The notes: generated by a model not told the origin, from the sequence alone. A stretch of DNA of 64,000 bases from Candidatus Latescibacterota bacterium (GCA_965243025.1 CBDETY010000003.1:1600001-1664000); one strand, 5' to 3'. Shown: positions 1-9,538, numbered from the stretch's first letter. Translations and numbers: made by a program.

Positions 1-1245
1 ATTGCGGTGGCGGACGTGCCTGACCGCATGGACGGAAACGGCCGAGGTGAGAGAAAGAACCAGGGTGACGTAAAAGTCCCCAAACAGGCTGCCGATGAAT
101 AATGCCAGCAGAAACGAAACCACAAGCCCGATCTGTGGGCTCAACAGGATGGTCATCAGCATCGCCGCGAGGGGAGTGGGCACAAAATAGGTCTGGATTT
201 CGTTGGCGTGGATGTAGGCGGCGATAGCGGCAGTCCCCATTGAGATCAGGGCCAACAGGGTCAGCTTGGCGGCACTTGCGTATATCTGCGGCTCCTGGGT
301 CGCCAGGTAATTGCCGAAAATCAAAAGCAGGAATGCAGCAATAACGGCAGCGGAGAGTATCTGCAAATAGCGGGTTGTCGGATGCTTCAACTCCTCGCTG
401 GCGAACTGCCGGGCAAGCGCTTCCAGCGCTTCGACGTGGGTCGCATCCACCTTCTGATTCTTGTCGATGATCATTTCGTCGCGGAGATAGCGGCGCATGA
501 TACTGGCCACACTGCGGCGCGCTTCGGCGCGCAGGCGGCCCGTTTCACTTTCGTCGACACTCAGATTGGGATAGACGAACAAAGCCAGGAGCTCGTGGAC
601 AGCTTCCGCCACGCCACGTTCTTCAATCGGCTGGTACGACTCGATCAGAGACATCAGCTCTCCGCGCTTCAGGTCGCTTTCGCTGTGCAGCAGCTCGATC
701 GAGAAGGGGGTCTCGCCTACGCGAACCTGATCCGTGACAGCCAGGATATCTCCCTGTTTACTGGAGATGACGCCAGTGGAGTAGAGGTCGGTCAGCAACT
801 GAACCCAGGAGTGTTGCAGGAGGTCGAGTGAATCGGCCGCAGTCGAGGAAAACAGGGATATCAGCTGCTTGAGAGAGGTTTCCGAAAGCAGGGGCACAAC
901 GCCCGGCAGTTCCCGTTGCAGACGGCGATACTTGAGCGAGTCGGGCATCTGCATGCGGCTGTTGGGCACCAGCACTGCCAACACCGAGTCGAAGCGGGAC
1001 AACTGCAGCTCCTTGACCTCGTCATGAAGCTGCAGGACCGTGGGCACGGTCTTTTCGGCTGAATTGCGTTCGATTTCCAGCTCTTCAGTGCTTTTTCGGA
1101 CGAGAAAGAGAAATGGGGCGTTTATTCGCTCAGGAGCTACGCTGCCCTCCCTCAGCTCGCTGATTCCGTGAGGTCGTTGGAACGGGGAGAGATAGGTCAG
1201 CAGGCCCATCACAGCGATAGCGAGCAGGATTCGAAACAGACGCAT
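1..1245 (-). CDS. 7TM-HD family membrane phosphohydrolase (PgpH-like); 3' end lies beyond the window
   Basis: Hand-translated (not in ORF track): N-terminal TM MRLFRILLAIAVMGL, extracellular 7TMR-HD-type segment DEMIIDKNQKV, TM motif PTPLAAMLMTILL, then VRHVRHRN. Lies downstream of phoH, a common synteny. Start estimated. Confidence 0.8.
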   Translation of the reverse strand, partial: MRLFRILLAIAVMGLLTYLSPFQRPHGISELREGSVAPERINAPFLFLVRKSTEELEIERNSAEKTVPTVLQLHDEVKELQLSRFDSVLAVLVPNSRMQMPDSLKYRRLQRELPGVVPLLSETSLKQLISLFSSTAADSLDLLQHSWVQLLTDLYSTGVISSKQGDILAVTDQVRVGETPFSIELLHSESDLKRGELMSLIESYQPIEERGVAEAVHELLALFVYPNLSVDESETGRLRAEARRSVASIMRRYLRDEMIIDKNQKVDATHVEALEALARQFASEELKHPTTRYLQILSAAVIAAFLLLIFGNYLATQEPQIYASAAKLTLLALISMGTAAIAAYIHANEIQTYFVPTPLAAMLMTILLSPQIGLVVSFLLALFIGSLFGDFYVTLVLSLTSAVSVHAVRHVRHRN

Positions 1246-1377
1246 CCCACGCGAGGGAGACTGTATTCTCCCTGAGCGCGAGGGGGAGGTTGTGCTCGAG
1301 GTCCCGGCCCGAAAGCGTCGGAAGGTCGAAAAGAGATTCAAGACAGGTTCCCCGTTACCGGGGTCCCGGTGCACTCC

Positions 1378-2355
1378 TTAACGGCATTCCGAATCGGAGC
1401 TGTTATCGTGGGTTTCGTAGGCCTTGATGATTCGTTGGACAAGTGGATTTCGAACGACATCGCGTTCGGTCAGGTGAACGAATGCCAAACCGGATACATG
1501 GTTCAGGATCCGGCGCGCTTCCACAAGACCGGATGGCTGGGAGCCGGGCAAATCCGTCTGGGTGACATCACCGGTAATGACCACTTTGGAGTTTGCTCCC
1601 ATCCTGGTCAAAAACATCTTCATCTGTGAAGCAGTTGTATTCTGGGCCTCGTCGAGGATGATGAAGGCGTCGTTAAGCGTGCGTCCCCGCATGAAGGCCA
1701 ACGGAGCAACCTCCACGATCTTCATGCTTTGAAACCGGGATAGACGTTCCGGCTCAAGCAGGTCCTGGAGGGCGTCGTAGAGAGGTCTGAGGTATGGGTC
1801 GACTTTATCTTCAAGGGCTCCAGGAAGAAACCCCAGGCTTTCTCCTGCTTCGACGGCTGGCCGTGCCAGCACAATACGGGAGACTCGCTTTTCCCGAAGG
1901 GCCGCGACAGCTGCCGCAACTGCCAGGTAGGTCTTGCCGGTTCCGGCAGGACCGATCGCAAATACTGCATCGTGCCCTTCGACCGCTTCCAGGTAGTGCG
2001 CCTGTCCAACCGTTCGCGCGACAACGGTCCTTCTGTACGTCTTGATTCCACTGTCGTTCCCGATTTCGGGGATTGGGGGATAATTGCCCGGGTCGATCTG
2101 ATCCTGAACCAGGAGAGTCTTTACTTCCTCCTCGCTCAAACGCGGATTCCTTCGGATTGATTCGACGACATATCCAAGCAGCCCCGATACGTGCTCAACC
2201 GACTTCCGTGGGCCGTTGAGGTGAAGATGGTCTCCACGCGCTACAATCTTGACCTGGGAGTTCCGCTCGATGGAAGAAAGATGCTCGTCATTTCTGCCGA
2301 AAAGAACGAGAGGGTCTATCTCCGCCAGGGAGATTTTCTTATTCAGGGTTTCCAA
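1378..2355 (-). CDS. phoH: PhoH-like ATPase (YbeZ/PhoL family)
   Basis: GPAGTGKTYLA Walker A, RPAVEAGESLGFLPG, FMRGRTL, DEAQN motifs and N-terminal KH-like region. Start estimated at TTG 2355. Confidence 0.93.
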   Translation of the reverse strand: METLNKKISLAEIDPLVLFGRNDEHLSSIERNSQVKIVARGDHLHLNGPRKSVEHVSGLLGYVVESIRRNPRLSEEEVKTLLVQDQIDPGNYPPIPEIGNDSGIKTYRRTVVARTVGQAHYLEAVEGHDAVFAIGPAGTGKTYLAVAAAVAALREKRVSRIVLARPAVEAGESLGFLPGALEDKVDPYLRPLYDALQDLLEPERLSRFQSMKIVEVAPLAFMRGRTLNDAFIILDEAQNTTASQMKMFLTRMGANSKVVITGDVTQTDLPGSQPSGLVEARRILNHVSGLAFVHLTERDVVRNPLVQRIIKAYETHDNSSDSECR

Positions 2356-2443
2356 GCAGGTGGTGGATGGGGAGTCGGCCCCCCCATGGTGGAGGACAGG
2401 TGCGGAGTGGGAACTCTCGGAGGGACTGGAAGATAACGCACAA

Positions 2444-2483
2444 AGGGGTCCGAGCACCTGGTTCCAGGTATGCTCGAACCCCT
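2444..2483 (-). terminator. Stable hairpin, possible terminator or processing stem downstream of the LysM gene
   Basis: Minus strand AGGGGTTCGAGCA-TA-CCTG-GAAC-CAGG-TGCTCGGACCCCT followed by TTGT. A G-U pair forms only on the minus strand. Confidence 0.4.
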
Positions 2484-2558
2484 GGGAAGATCAGGGCGTG
2501 GTCAATCGCTTCGGAATCCGACGACAATCGCCCTTAATGAGAAGATGTAGCCGGGAAA

Positions 2559-3371
2559 TCAGTTCGCAGGAACCTCCAGAACCTGGGCAGGAAAAATGAT
2601 ATTCGGTTCGACGATCTGCTCCATGTTGGCCTTGTAGATCTTGTGCCACATGGTGGCGTCGTTGTAAACCGCCGCAGCGATTTTCGAAAGAAAGTCACCC
2701 CGGGTAACGAGATAACTTCCTTCGGAAACGCCAAATGGAACCGAAAGCTTCTGTTTTGGATAGATCAAGTCCGGGTCGCTGATCTGTTCGGTATTTGCGC
2801 GAAAGATCCGTGGCCACATGTACGGGTCACCGTAAATCGTCTCGTCTCCGGCAATCGCCCACAGGTGATCCCCTTTTTCCACTTCGTATGTGATGGAGAC
2901 AATATCGCGGATCTGGAGATCGGAGATGAGAGTCTCGAGGCGGAGGATCATTGCAGCCATTTCAGGTATGGCACTGATCTTACTGGTCTTCAACTGCTCA
3001 ACCTGGGCAAGGACATCCTTGATTTCCCCCTGGTGGCGAACCAACTCTTCCGGGGCCAGGGAGGTCAGACCTTCCAGCTGGCGCAGCAGGAGGTCCAGTG
3101 TGTTGCCGAAATCGCTGATTTGGGCAGCAGTTGCGCCGACCATGCTTTGAATCTCGGCCATTATCCCCGCGATGTCGTTGTCGAGGGCGGCTACCTGCTG
3201 GTTCAGCGAGGCAATCTCGGCGTCCAGCTGTGCAATCCGTGAATTCGCAGCCTCCTGCCGCTGCTGATAGTCAGCCAGTTGAGCTTCGTATTCCTCGCGA
3301 GTCATTTTGTCTTGTGCAAAAGCATTTCCCGCCGACAGGATCAGGACAACGGCCAGCAATTTCTTCGTCAT
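2559..3371 (-). CDS. Secreted coiled-coil protein with two C-terminal LysM peptidoglycan-binding domains
   Basis: Signal peptide MTKKLLAVVLILSAGNAFA, long heptad region, LysM repeats YEVEKGDHLWAIA...IYPKQKL and YLVTRGDFLSKIA...IFPAQVL. Confidence 0.9.
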   Translation of the reverse strand: MTKKLLAVVLILSAGNAFAQDKMTREEYEAQLADYQQRQEAANSRIAQLDAEIASLNQQVAALDNDIAGIMAEIQSMVGATAAQISDFGNTLDLLLRQLEGLTSLAPEELVRHQGEIKDVLAQVEQLKTSKISAIPEMAAMILRLETLISDLQIRDIVSITYEVEKGDHLWAIAGDETIYGDPYMWPRIFRANTEQISDPDLIYPKQKLSVPFGVSEGSYLVTRGDFLSKIAAAVYNDATMWHKIYKANMEQIVEPNIIFPAQVLEVPAN

Positions 3372-3458
3372 CTGATGACCTTTCAAATCAAGTCGTTGCG
3401 TCGCTTACCGAGTTTGGATGCTACAGTGTGTGTGGCGTTTCGACTGAGTGGTAAGGGG

Positions 3459-3737
3459 TTATTCTCCAGACATCCCTGCAAGTCCCTGGGCGGTACCCTC
3501 CCGTTTTTCCTCCAGTGCCTTCTTTTCAGCCTTTTTCTCGGCCACCTCGCGCTCCAACTCGGCTTTTTCGGCCTTTTTCCGGGTGACCTGCTGCTCGGCC
3601 GCCTCCGTCGCCTGGCGATTCTCTTCCAGCACCCCCAACTCTTTTTCAGAAGGGCCGAGTGCGCACCCTGCGGCCAGTGAGAGGACAAGGCCTGCGAGGA
3701 GAAGGGCACTTGGTTTTCGGAGTTTGCAGATAGTCAT
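3459..3737 (-). CDS. Small coiled-coil lipoprotein
   Basis: Lipobox LAAGC, E/K/A-rich helical body, GGAGA RBS, upstream of and co-oriented with the LysM gene. Confidence 0.8.
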   Translation of the reverse strand: MTICKLRKPSALLLAGLVLSLAAGCALGPSEKELGVLEENRQATEAAEQQVTRKKAEKAELEREVAEKKAEKKALEEKREGTAQGLAGMSGE

Positions 3738-3798
3738 CTATTTTTTTCTCCAGATCTGCTCGGGAGGCTCAAATTACCGGTCGCTACGTGCAGGCCAC

Positions 3799-3827
3799 AA
3801 GGTAAAAACGTCCAATGGGTATGTCAA
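3799..3827 (-). promoter_or_regulatory. Sigma-70 promoter for the lipoprotein-LysM unit
   Basis: TTGACA-17 nt-TACCTT on the minus strand. Confidence 0.55.
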
Positions 3828-3920
3828 GTGGAGAATTGAAAAACCCTGTTCTTACAAAGGGTTACGCCAATCCGCGGGAGGTTGGAGAGCGAGGTGGGAT
3901 CGACTATGTCGGGGACAGAA

Positions 3921-5711
3921 TCAGGCAGGTCTGGTTGCGATGCCGAGTTCGCGTAACTGGACTTCGTCGACCCCGCCTGGAGTTTGTTCCATAAGGCCGA
4001 ACGCCCGGTTGGTCTTGGGAAAGGCGATGACTTCCCGGATGGAGTCCTCTCCGGCGAGCATGGCGACAACGCGATCAAACCCGAATGCGATACCGCCGTG
4101 GGGGGGGGCCCCGTATTCGAGGGCATCGAGAAGAAAGCCGAATTTGCCCCTTGCCTCCTCCCGGGTCAGGGCCAGCAATTCGAAGATTTTCGACTGAAGA
4201 TCCCGCTGGAAAATCCGCATGCTTCCCCCCGCGATCTCAGTGCCGTTGAGCACGAGGTCGTAGGCACGAGCACGAGCTTTCAGCGGCTCGCTGGAAAGGA
4301 TGCCGACGTCCTCCTCCAGCGGAGACGTAAACGGATGATGGACGGCTGTGCAGCGCTCTTCCTCCTCATCGTACTCCAGAAGCGGGAATTCCGTCACCCA
4401 CAGGGGGCGCCACAAATTTTCCGGTACCAGGTCGAGCCGTCGGGCCAGCTCGAGCCGCAATGCGCTGAGCACCTTCGCCACTGTTTTCGGTTCGTCGGCC
4501 ACCAGCAGCAGGAGGTCTCCGGGTTCGGATCCCAACCCGGAAATCAGAAGTTCTCTGGATCGCCCGGGGAAGAACTTCATTATGGAGGATTCGGGACCGC
4601 TGTCGGTGTGTTTGATCCAGCTCAAACCCCCAGCCCCGGCATCCTGAGCAAAGGTGACCAACTGATCTATTTGACTTCTGGGTAACTGGCTGCCCCCCTT
4701 CACATTGATACCTTTTACCTGGCCACCTTTCTCAAGTGCTGCGTGGAAAACCTGGAACCGGGATGCAGCCGCCGCAGGACTGGCATCGTTCAGTTCGAGA
4801 CCGAAACGCAGGTCAGGTTTATCGCTGCCGAAGCGGTTCATCGCCTCCGAGTGGGTCATGCGTGGAAAAGGGTCCGGGAGTTCGATTCCGCCGATTTCAG
4901 CAAACAGACCTCGGGTTATGCGCTCGGATATCCCAAGTATGTCATCCTCGGTGATGAAGGACATTTCAAGGTCGATCTGGGTGAATTCCGGTTGTCGATC
5001 CGCACGCAGGTCCTCGTCCCGAAAGCACTTCACGATCTGGAAATAGCGATCGAATCCGGAAATCATCAGCAGTTGCTTGTACGTCTGCGGGGACTGGGGA
5101 AGAGCGTAGAAATGGCCCGGGTTTACACGACTCGGGACAAGGTAGTCCCGCGCTCCCTCAGGAGTACTGCGAACCAGAAAGGGGGTTTCGACCTCGGTAA
5201 ACCCTTCCGAATCCAGGATGCGGCGGGTTTTCTGGTAGCACCGATGCCTTATCAGCAGATTGCGCTGCATGGGAAGACGCCGCAAATCGAGATAACGATG
5301 ACGCAGCCTCAGCTCCTCGCTGACATCGACCTGGTCATCGAGGGGAAACGGGATCGGGATGGAGGTGTTGAGAATCTTCAGTGAATGGCAATTCACCTCT
5401 ATCCCGCCGGTTTTCAACCGGGGATTGACCATGCCTTCGGGGCGGTTCTCGACCTCGCCCTGTACCGCAATTACGAACTCGTTGCGCAGTGATTCCGCCT
5501 TGCGGTGCGACTCCGGATTGTTTTGGGGGTTGAAAACAACCTGAGTCACCCCGTAGCGATCCCGAAGATCGACGAAAATGACACCCCCGTGATCGCGTCG
5601 AGTCGCCACCCACCCCATGAGGGTCACCTGCTGTCCGAGGAAATCGGCAGTCAGGGTGCCGCAGTCGTGGGACCGCTGCCAGGCGCCCAGACCTTCAACG
5701 ATGTCAGACAT
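3921..5711 (-). CDS. aspS: Aspartate--tRNA ligase
   Basis: RRDHGGVIFVDLRD, PEGARDYLVP, LPQSPQ, FRDEDLRADRQPEFTQID, GAPPHGGIAFG motifs. Confidence 0.97.
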   Translation of the reverse strand: MSDIVEGLGAWQRSHDCGTLTADFLGQQVTLMGWVATRRDHGGVIFVDLRDRYGVTQVVFNPQNNPESHRKAESLRNEFVIAVQGEVENRPEGMVNPRLKTGGIEVNCHSLKILNTSIPIPFPLDDQVDVSEELRLRHRYLDLRRLPMQRNLLIRHRCYQKTRRILDSEGFTEVETPFLVRSTPEGARDYLVPSRVNPGHFYALPQSPQTYKQLLMISGFDRYFQIVKCFRDEDLRADRQPEFTQIDLEMSFITEDDILGISERITRGLFAEIGGIELPDPFPRMTHSEAMNRFGSDKPDLRFGLELNDASPAAAASRFQVFHAALEKGGQVKGINVKGGSQLPRSQIDQLVTFAQDAGAGGLSWIKHTDSGPESSIMKFFPGRSRELLISGLGSEPGDLLLLVADEPKTVAKVLSALRLELARRLDLVPENLWRPLWVTEFPLLEYDEEEERCTAVHHPFTSPLEEDVGILSSEPLKARARAYDLVLNGTEIAGGSMRIFQRDLQSKIFELLALTREEARGKFGFLLDALEYGAPPHGGIAFGFDRVVAMLAGEDSIREVIAFPKTNRAFGLMEQTPGGVDEVQLRELGIATRPA

Positions 5712-5884
5712 ATCGCCGATGCTGAAGAGAGGAGTGAATCCCGGGCCAATCAACCGCCCGCAATCGAATGCCGGAGGAAGCGTTCAAGAATATGGGGTAC
5801 CCTTTACAATGTCAACGGATCGGAAATGCTGCGGATTTGGTGCAACTTGGTGTGTTCACGGGAGATAGGTGCATTCGAAGCGCG

Positions 5885-5912
5885 TTGACACTCCAATGTC
5901 CAAGGCTATATT
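5885..5912 (+). promoter_or_regulatory. Sigma-70 promoter of the cysteine cluster
   Basis: TTGACA-16 nt-TATATT. Confidence 0.6.
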
Positions 5913-6188
5913 GGGAGTCTCCGTATTCCGGGAAATCGGCCTTCAGCCAGCCCGGTGATGAAGTTGCTCTGCAGGCGAGGCCGAGTCGTGGCGGTCGAAG
6001 ACCTGGGGGCAGAAAAATCACGAAATCGGATCTGACCCCGGCCTGGATTTTCTGCCCCAACAAGGGCGTGCGACCGGGGCGAATCGAGGGATTCGGCGCC
6101 GTATTCGACCGCGAGGGGCCGGCAGCAGCCCGGATGGACTTTTCAACGGGCTGCCAGGAACAAGACAGGAAAAGGTTCGGAGCAGCGC

Positions 6189-7118
6189 TTGACAGGGACG
6201 AGGTCCGTGGTCGATCAAATCGGGCAGACGCCACTCCTGCGGCTGTACGACGAGGAACTCCCGCGAAACGTCGAGCTGTTCGCCAAGCTTGAATTCTTCA
6301 ATCCCGGCGGGTCGGTCAAAGACAGGCCCGCCCTGCGCATGATCAGGGATGGCGAGCGCAACGGGGAACTCGTCCCGGGCAAGGTCATCCTGGACTCGAC
6401 ATCCGGGAATACGGGAATTGCCTACGCCATGATTGGCGCGGCCCTGGGGTACCCCGTTCTGCTTGCGATGCCGGCGAGTGTTTCCCGGGAGCGAAAGGCC
6501 ATCCTCTCGGCATACGGTGCAGAAGTCGTTCTGACCGACCCGGGTGAGGGTTCGGACGGCGCCATTCTTCAGGCGCGGAAGATTTACGAGTCCTGCACGG
6601 GTGGCTTCTTCAAGCCCGATCAGTACAACAATCCGTCGAACTGGAAAGCCCACAGGGACACCACAGCACCGGAAATCTGGCGGGAAACAGGGGGGCGGGT
6701 CACCCATTTCGTCGCGACACTGGGAACGAGCGGAACCGCGATGGGCACAGGACGCGGCCTGAAGAGATATGACAGGGCGATCAAGGTCGTGGGCGTCGAG
6801 CCGGAACCGTTTCACGGTATCGAGGGCCTCAAACACATGGCCAGTTCGATCGTTCCGGGGATCTATGACGAGTCGTTTCTCGACAAAAAGATCACGGTCG
6901 ATACCGATATTGCCTACGACACGACATTGAGATTGGCGCGTGAGCGGGGATTGCTCGTGGGGCAGTCGTCAGGGGCCGCCTACTGGGCGGCGGTCGAAGT
7001 TGCACGGGGACTCGAGGAAGGGGTGGTGGTGACGGTATTCTGCGATGGCGGGGACAAGTACATGAGTACCCCAATGTGGCGGGAAACGTTGAAGGAAGCC
7101 GGAAATGTGGCGGCTTAG
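6189..7118 (+). CDS. cysM: PLP-dependent cysteine synthase, CysM / O-phosphoserine sulfhydrylase-like
   Basis: NPGGSVKDR PLP lysine, TSGNTG, GTSGT. Adjacent to JAB peptidase and sulfur-carrier genes. Confidence 0.85.
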   Translation: MTGTRSVVDQIGQTPLLRLYDEELPRNVELFAKLEFFNPGGSVKDRPALRMIRDGERNGELVPGKVILDSTSGNTGIAYAMIGAALGYPVLLAMPASVSRERKAILSAYGAEVVLTDPGEGSDGAILQARKIYESCTGGFFKPDQYNNPSNWKAHRDTTAPEIWRETGGRVTHFVATLGTSGTAMGTGRGLKRYDRAIKVVGVEPEPFHGIEGLKHMASSIVPGIYDESFLDKKITVDTDIAYDTTLRLARERGLLVGQSSGAAYWAAVEVARGLEEGVVVTVFCDGGDKYMSTPMWRETLKEAGNVAA

Positions 7119-7133
7119 GGAGGTTCGTTAAGG

Positions 7134-7610
7134 GTGCCGGTTCTCAGGTTGAGTGCACGAGGCATGAAGAGTATTGTTCAGCATGCAGAGGCGCAGCACC
7201 CTGCCGAGTGCTGCGGGATCCTCACAGCGGGAAGGAACAGCCAGTTATCGCAAGTTCACCCGTGTGAGAACATCCAGGACCGCCTGCACCAGGAAGACCC
7301 GACGCGGTTCCCTCGCGACTCCCGAATCGCCTACTACATCGATTCACAGGAGCAGTTTCGGATCATTTCCGCCGCCCAATGCCAAGGGGGTCGGGTATCG
7401 GGTTTCTATCACTCCCACGTCGACTGCGATGCCTACTTTTCGGATGAAGACAAGGAACGGGCCATGGTTTGGGGGGAGCCGGCTTTTCCCGATGCGGTGT
7501 ATCTCGTGGTATCGGTGTTCGGCGAGGGCGTCCGCGACCACAAGGCGTTCGCCTGGGACGAGGACGAACGGGATTTCACGGAGGTAGGCGTGGAAGTCTC
7601 CCCGGGGTGA
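7134..7610 (+). CDS. mec: JAB/Mov34 (M67) metallopeptidase, Mec+-like
   Basis: P-x-E-C-C-G motif and YHSH-x7-S-x2-D JAMM motif (YHSHVDCDAYFSDED). Confidence 0.88.
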   Translation: MPVLRLSARGMKSIVQHAEAQHPAECCGILTAGRNSQLSQVHPCENIQDRLHQEDPTRFPRDSRIAYYIDSQEQFRIISAAQCQGGRVSGFYHSHVDCDAYFSDEDKERAMVWGEPAFPDAVYLVVSVFGEGVRDHKAFAWDEDERDFTEVGVEVSPG

Positions 7611-7780
7611 ACGAGCGCTTTCGAAAACCCTTTCAGTCGAACCGGGACATTACCGTATCCGACTTTGAAACCGCGCCGTTCCCGAACCGGTGCCCTCATT
7701 TTCTTGCGCCAATCGGTCGGGTATCATTGTACTGAATTCAGACCGCGGGAAGACCGCACACAACCTGAAGGGAGGTAGAT

Positions 7781-8065
7781 ATGGCAATTTCCGTAAACGT
7801 ACCGACTCCACTCAGAAAGCTGACGGACAATCAAGCGGAAGTAGAGATCGATGCCGCATCCGTTGAGGAGTTGATAGATGGCCTTGAGAACGCCCACGCT
7901 GGTATCAAGGAGAAACTGCTGGACGAGTCGGGAGATATACGTCGCTACGTCAACATCTTTGTCAATGACGAGGATATTCGCTTCCTGGAAGGCAAAGAGA
8001 CGGAACTCAGGGACGGCGACAACGTCTCCATCGTTCCTTCCATTGCAGGAGGAGGCCGAAGGTAG
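7781..8065 (+). CDS. cysO: MoaD/ThiS/CysO-family ubiquitin-like sulfur carrier
   Basis: VPTPLR, YVNIFVNDEDIRFL, C-terminus SIVPSIAGG-GRR, strong GGAGG RBS. Confidence 0.88.
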   Translation: MAISVNVPTPLRKLTDNQAEVEIDAASVEELIDGLENAHAGIKEKLLDESGDIRRYVNIFVNDEDIRFLEGKETELRDGDNVSIVPSIAGGGRR

Positions 8066-8248
8066 CTCCTCGCAACGGTTCGAACCGGCTCCACCGAAAG
8101 CCTTCCCCGAGGCATTCCCTGACGGAGAAGCCAGGAACGGTGATTGTTCCCAGCCAAAGAATCCTTCCAGACCATCCTTCCCGCATCGCAGGCCTGGGTT
8201 GGCCGACGGCGGTATTCTCAGCAATTCCGGTATAGATCAGACGGCTCC

Positions 8249-9166
8249 ATGAGAACGGTTGAAAATGTCCTCGGGTTGATCGGGGCTACCCCCATCGTGC
8301 GCCTCAATCGAGTGGTAGAGAAGGGAGCAGCAGAAGTCTGGGGAAAACTCGAGTCAGCAAACCCGGGGGGAAGCGTAAAAGACCGCATAGCGTTGGCGAT
8401 GGTCGAGGCCGCCGAGGAGGCCGGCGACCTGAAGCCCGGAGGTACCATCGTCGAGCCGACCAGCGGCAACACGGGTATCGGATTGGCGATGGTTGCCGCC
8501 GTAAAAGGATACAAGCTGATCGTCACCATGTTCGACACTGCCAGCCGCGAGCGACGGCTGCAGATGCAGGCATACGGAGCAGAGGTCCTTCTCACACCGG
8601 CGTCCGAGGGAATGCGGGGTGCCATCAAGCGGGCCGTTGCGTTGAAGGCCGAGAACCCTGACTACTTCCTCCCGCAGCAGTTTGCGAACCAGGCCAATCC
8701 CGAAATACACAGACTCACCACGGGTAGTGAAATCCTGCAACAGTTGAACCGGAAGGTTGACGCGCTCGTGGCCGGCGTCGGTACCGGTGGGTCGGTTACC
8801 GGCGTCGGTGGAGTCCTGAAACGGGATTTGCCCGAAATCCGGGTGGTTGCGGTTGAACCGGAGGGATCCCCCGTTCTGTCGGGTGGGGACCCTGGTCTCA
8901 GCTATATCGAGGGAATCGGTGCCGGGTTTGTCCCTGAAATCCTCGAAATGGACATCCTGGATGAGGTCCGGACAGTAAGTGACGACGACGCATACGCCAT
9001 GTCCCGGCGCCTGGCGCGTGAGGAAGGTTTGCTCGTGGGCGTATCTGCCGGAGGCAACGTTTTCAAAGCTGTCGAAGTCGCTCGAGAAATGGGGGAGGGC
9101 AAGCGGGTCGTGACCATCCTTTGCGACAGCGGATTGAGATACTTGAGCGCCGGTGTGTACGATTGA
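8249..9166 (+). CDS. cysK: Cysteine synthase A (O-acetylserine sulfhydrylase)
   Basis: NPGGSVKDR, EPTSGNTGIG, QQFANQANP, GVGTGG, IEGIGAGFVP. Confidence 0.9.
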   Translation: MRTVENVLGLIGATPIVRLNRVVEKGAAEVWGKLESANPGGSVKDRIALAMVEAAEEAGDLKPGGTIVEPTSGNTGIGLAMVAAVKGYKLIVTMFDTASRERRLQMQAYGAEVLLTPASEGMRGAIKRAVALKAENPDYFLPQQFANQANPEIHRLTTGSEILQQLNRKVDALVAGVGTGGSVTGVGGVLKRDLPEIRVVAVEPEGSPVLSGGDPGLSYIEGIGAGFVPEILEMDILDEVRTVSDDDAYAMSRRLAREEGLLVGVSAGGNVFKAVEVAREMGEGKRVVTILCDSGLRYLSAGVYD

Positions 9167-9224
9167 TCCCCACTTTCAGGCAACCGGCCGGGGACCTCGC
9201 CTCCTCCCTGTCCAAACCCAAATG

Positions 9225-9260
9225 AAAAACCCCGCGGTATCGCATTGGATACGCGGGGTT
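9225..9260 (-). terminator. Rho-independent terminator of rpsT
   Basis: AACCCCGCG...CGCGGGGTT stem with a U-tract on the minus strand, between convergent cysK and rpsT. Confidence 0.7.
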
Positions 9261-9283
9261 GATCCACCACTTCCGGCGCATGC

Positions 9284-9538
9284 TCAAGCCATGTCAGCCA
9301 CTCGCGCAGCAAGCCTTGATTTTGTGCGCGCGGCGGTGTTGAAGGGGAGGATTCCCTTTCTCGCAGTCTTGTCAATCAAGGAAACTGCTGATTTGAGAGC
9401 CTGTTGCGCCGTTTCGGCATCTTCTGCTGCGTAAACATTTTTCACCGCAGTTCGCACTGCTGAGACGTGGCCTCGATTTCTCGTCCTCTGCGAAAAACTC
9501 TTGGTGAGTCGTTTCTTTGAAGATTTCAGCTTCGGCAC
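9284..9538 (-). CDS. rpsT: 30S ribosomal protein S20
   Basis: GTG start; PKLKSSKKR...RNR...SAVRTAVK...IDKTARKGIL...NTAARTKSRL. Confidence 0.95.
   Translation of the reverse strand: MPKLKSSKKRLTKSFSQRTRNRGHVSAVRTAVKNVYAAEDAETAQQALKSAVSLIDKTARKGILPFNTAARTKSRLAARVADMA

Noticed and set aside
1339-1374. In-frame TGA readthrough or selenocysteine between phoH and the HD gene
   Set aside because: No recognisable SECIS or redox motif, and an ATG at 1245 explains the gene.
2360-2555. 6S RNA or SAM-I riboswitch (GGAGGGACTGG string, hairpin)
   Set aside because: Could not build the 6S closing stem or find the other SAM-I elements; kept only as a hairpin.
5950-6035. Hammerhead ribozyme (TGATGA...CGAAA)
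   Set aside because: The core reads GTGATGA rather than CTGANGA, and stems I and III could not be formed.
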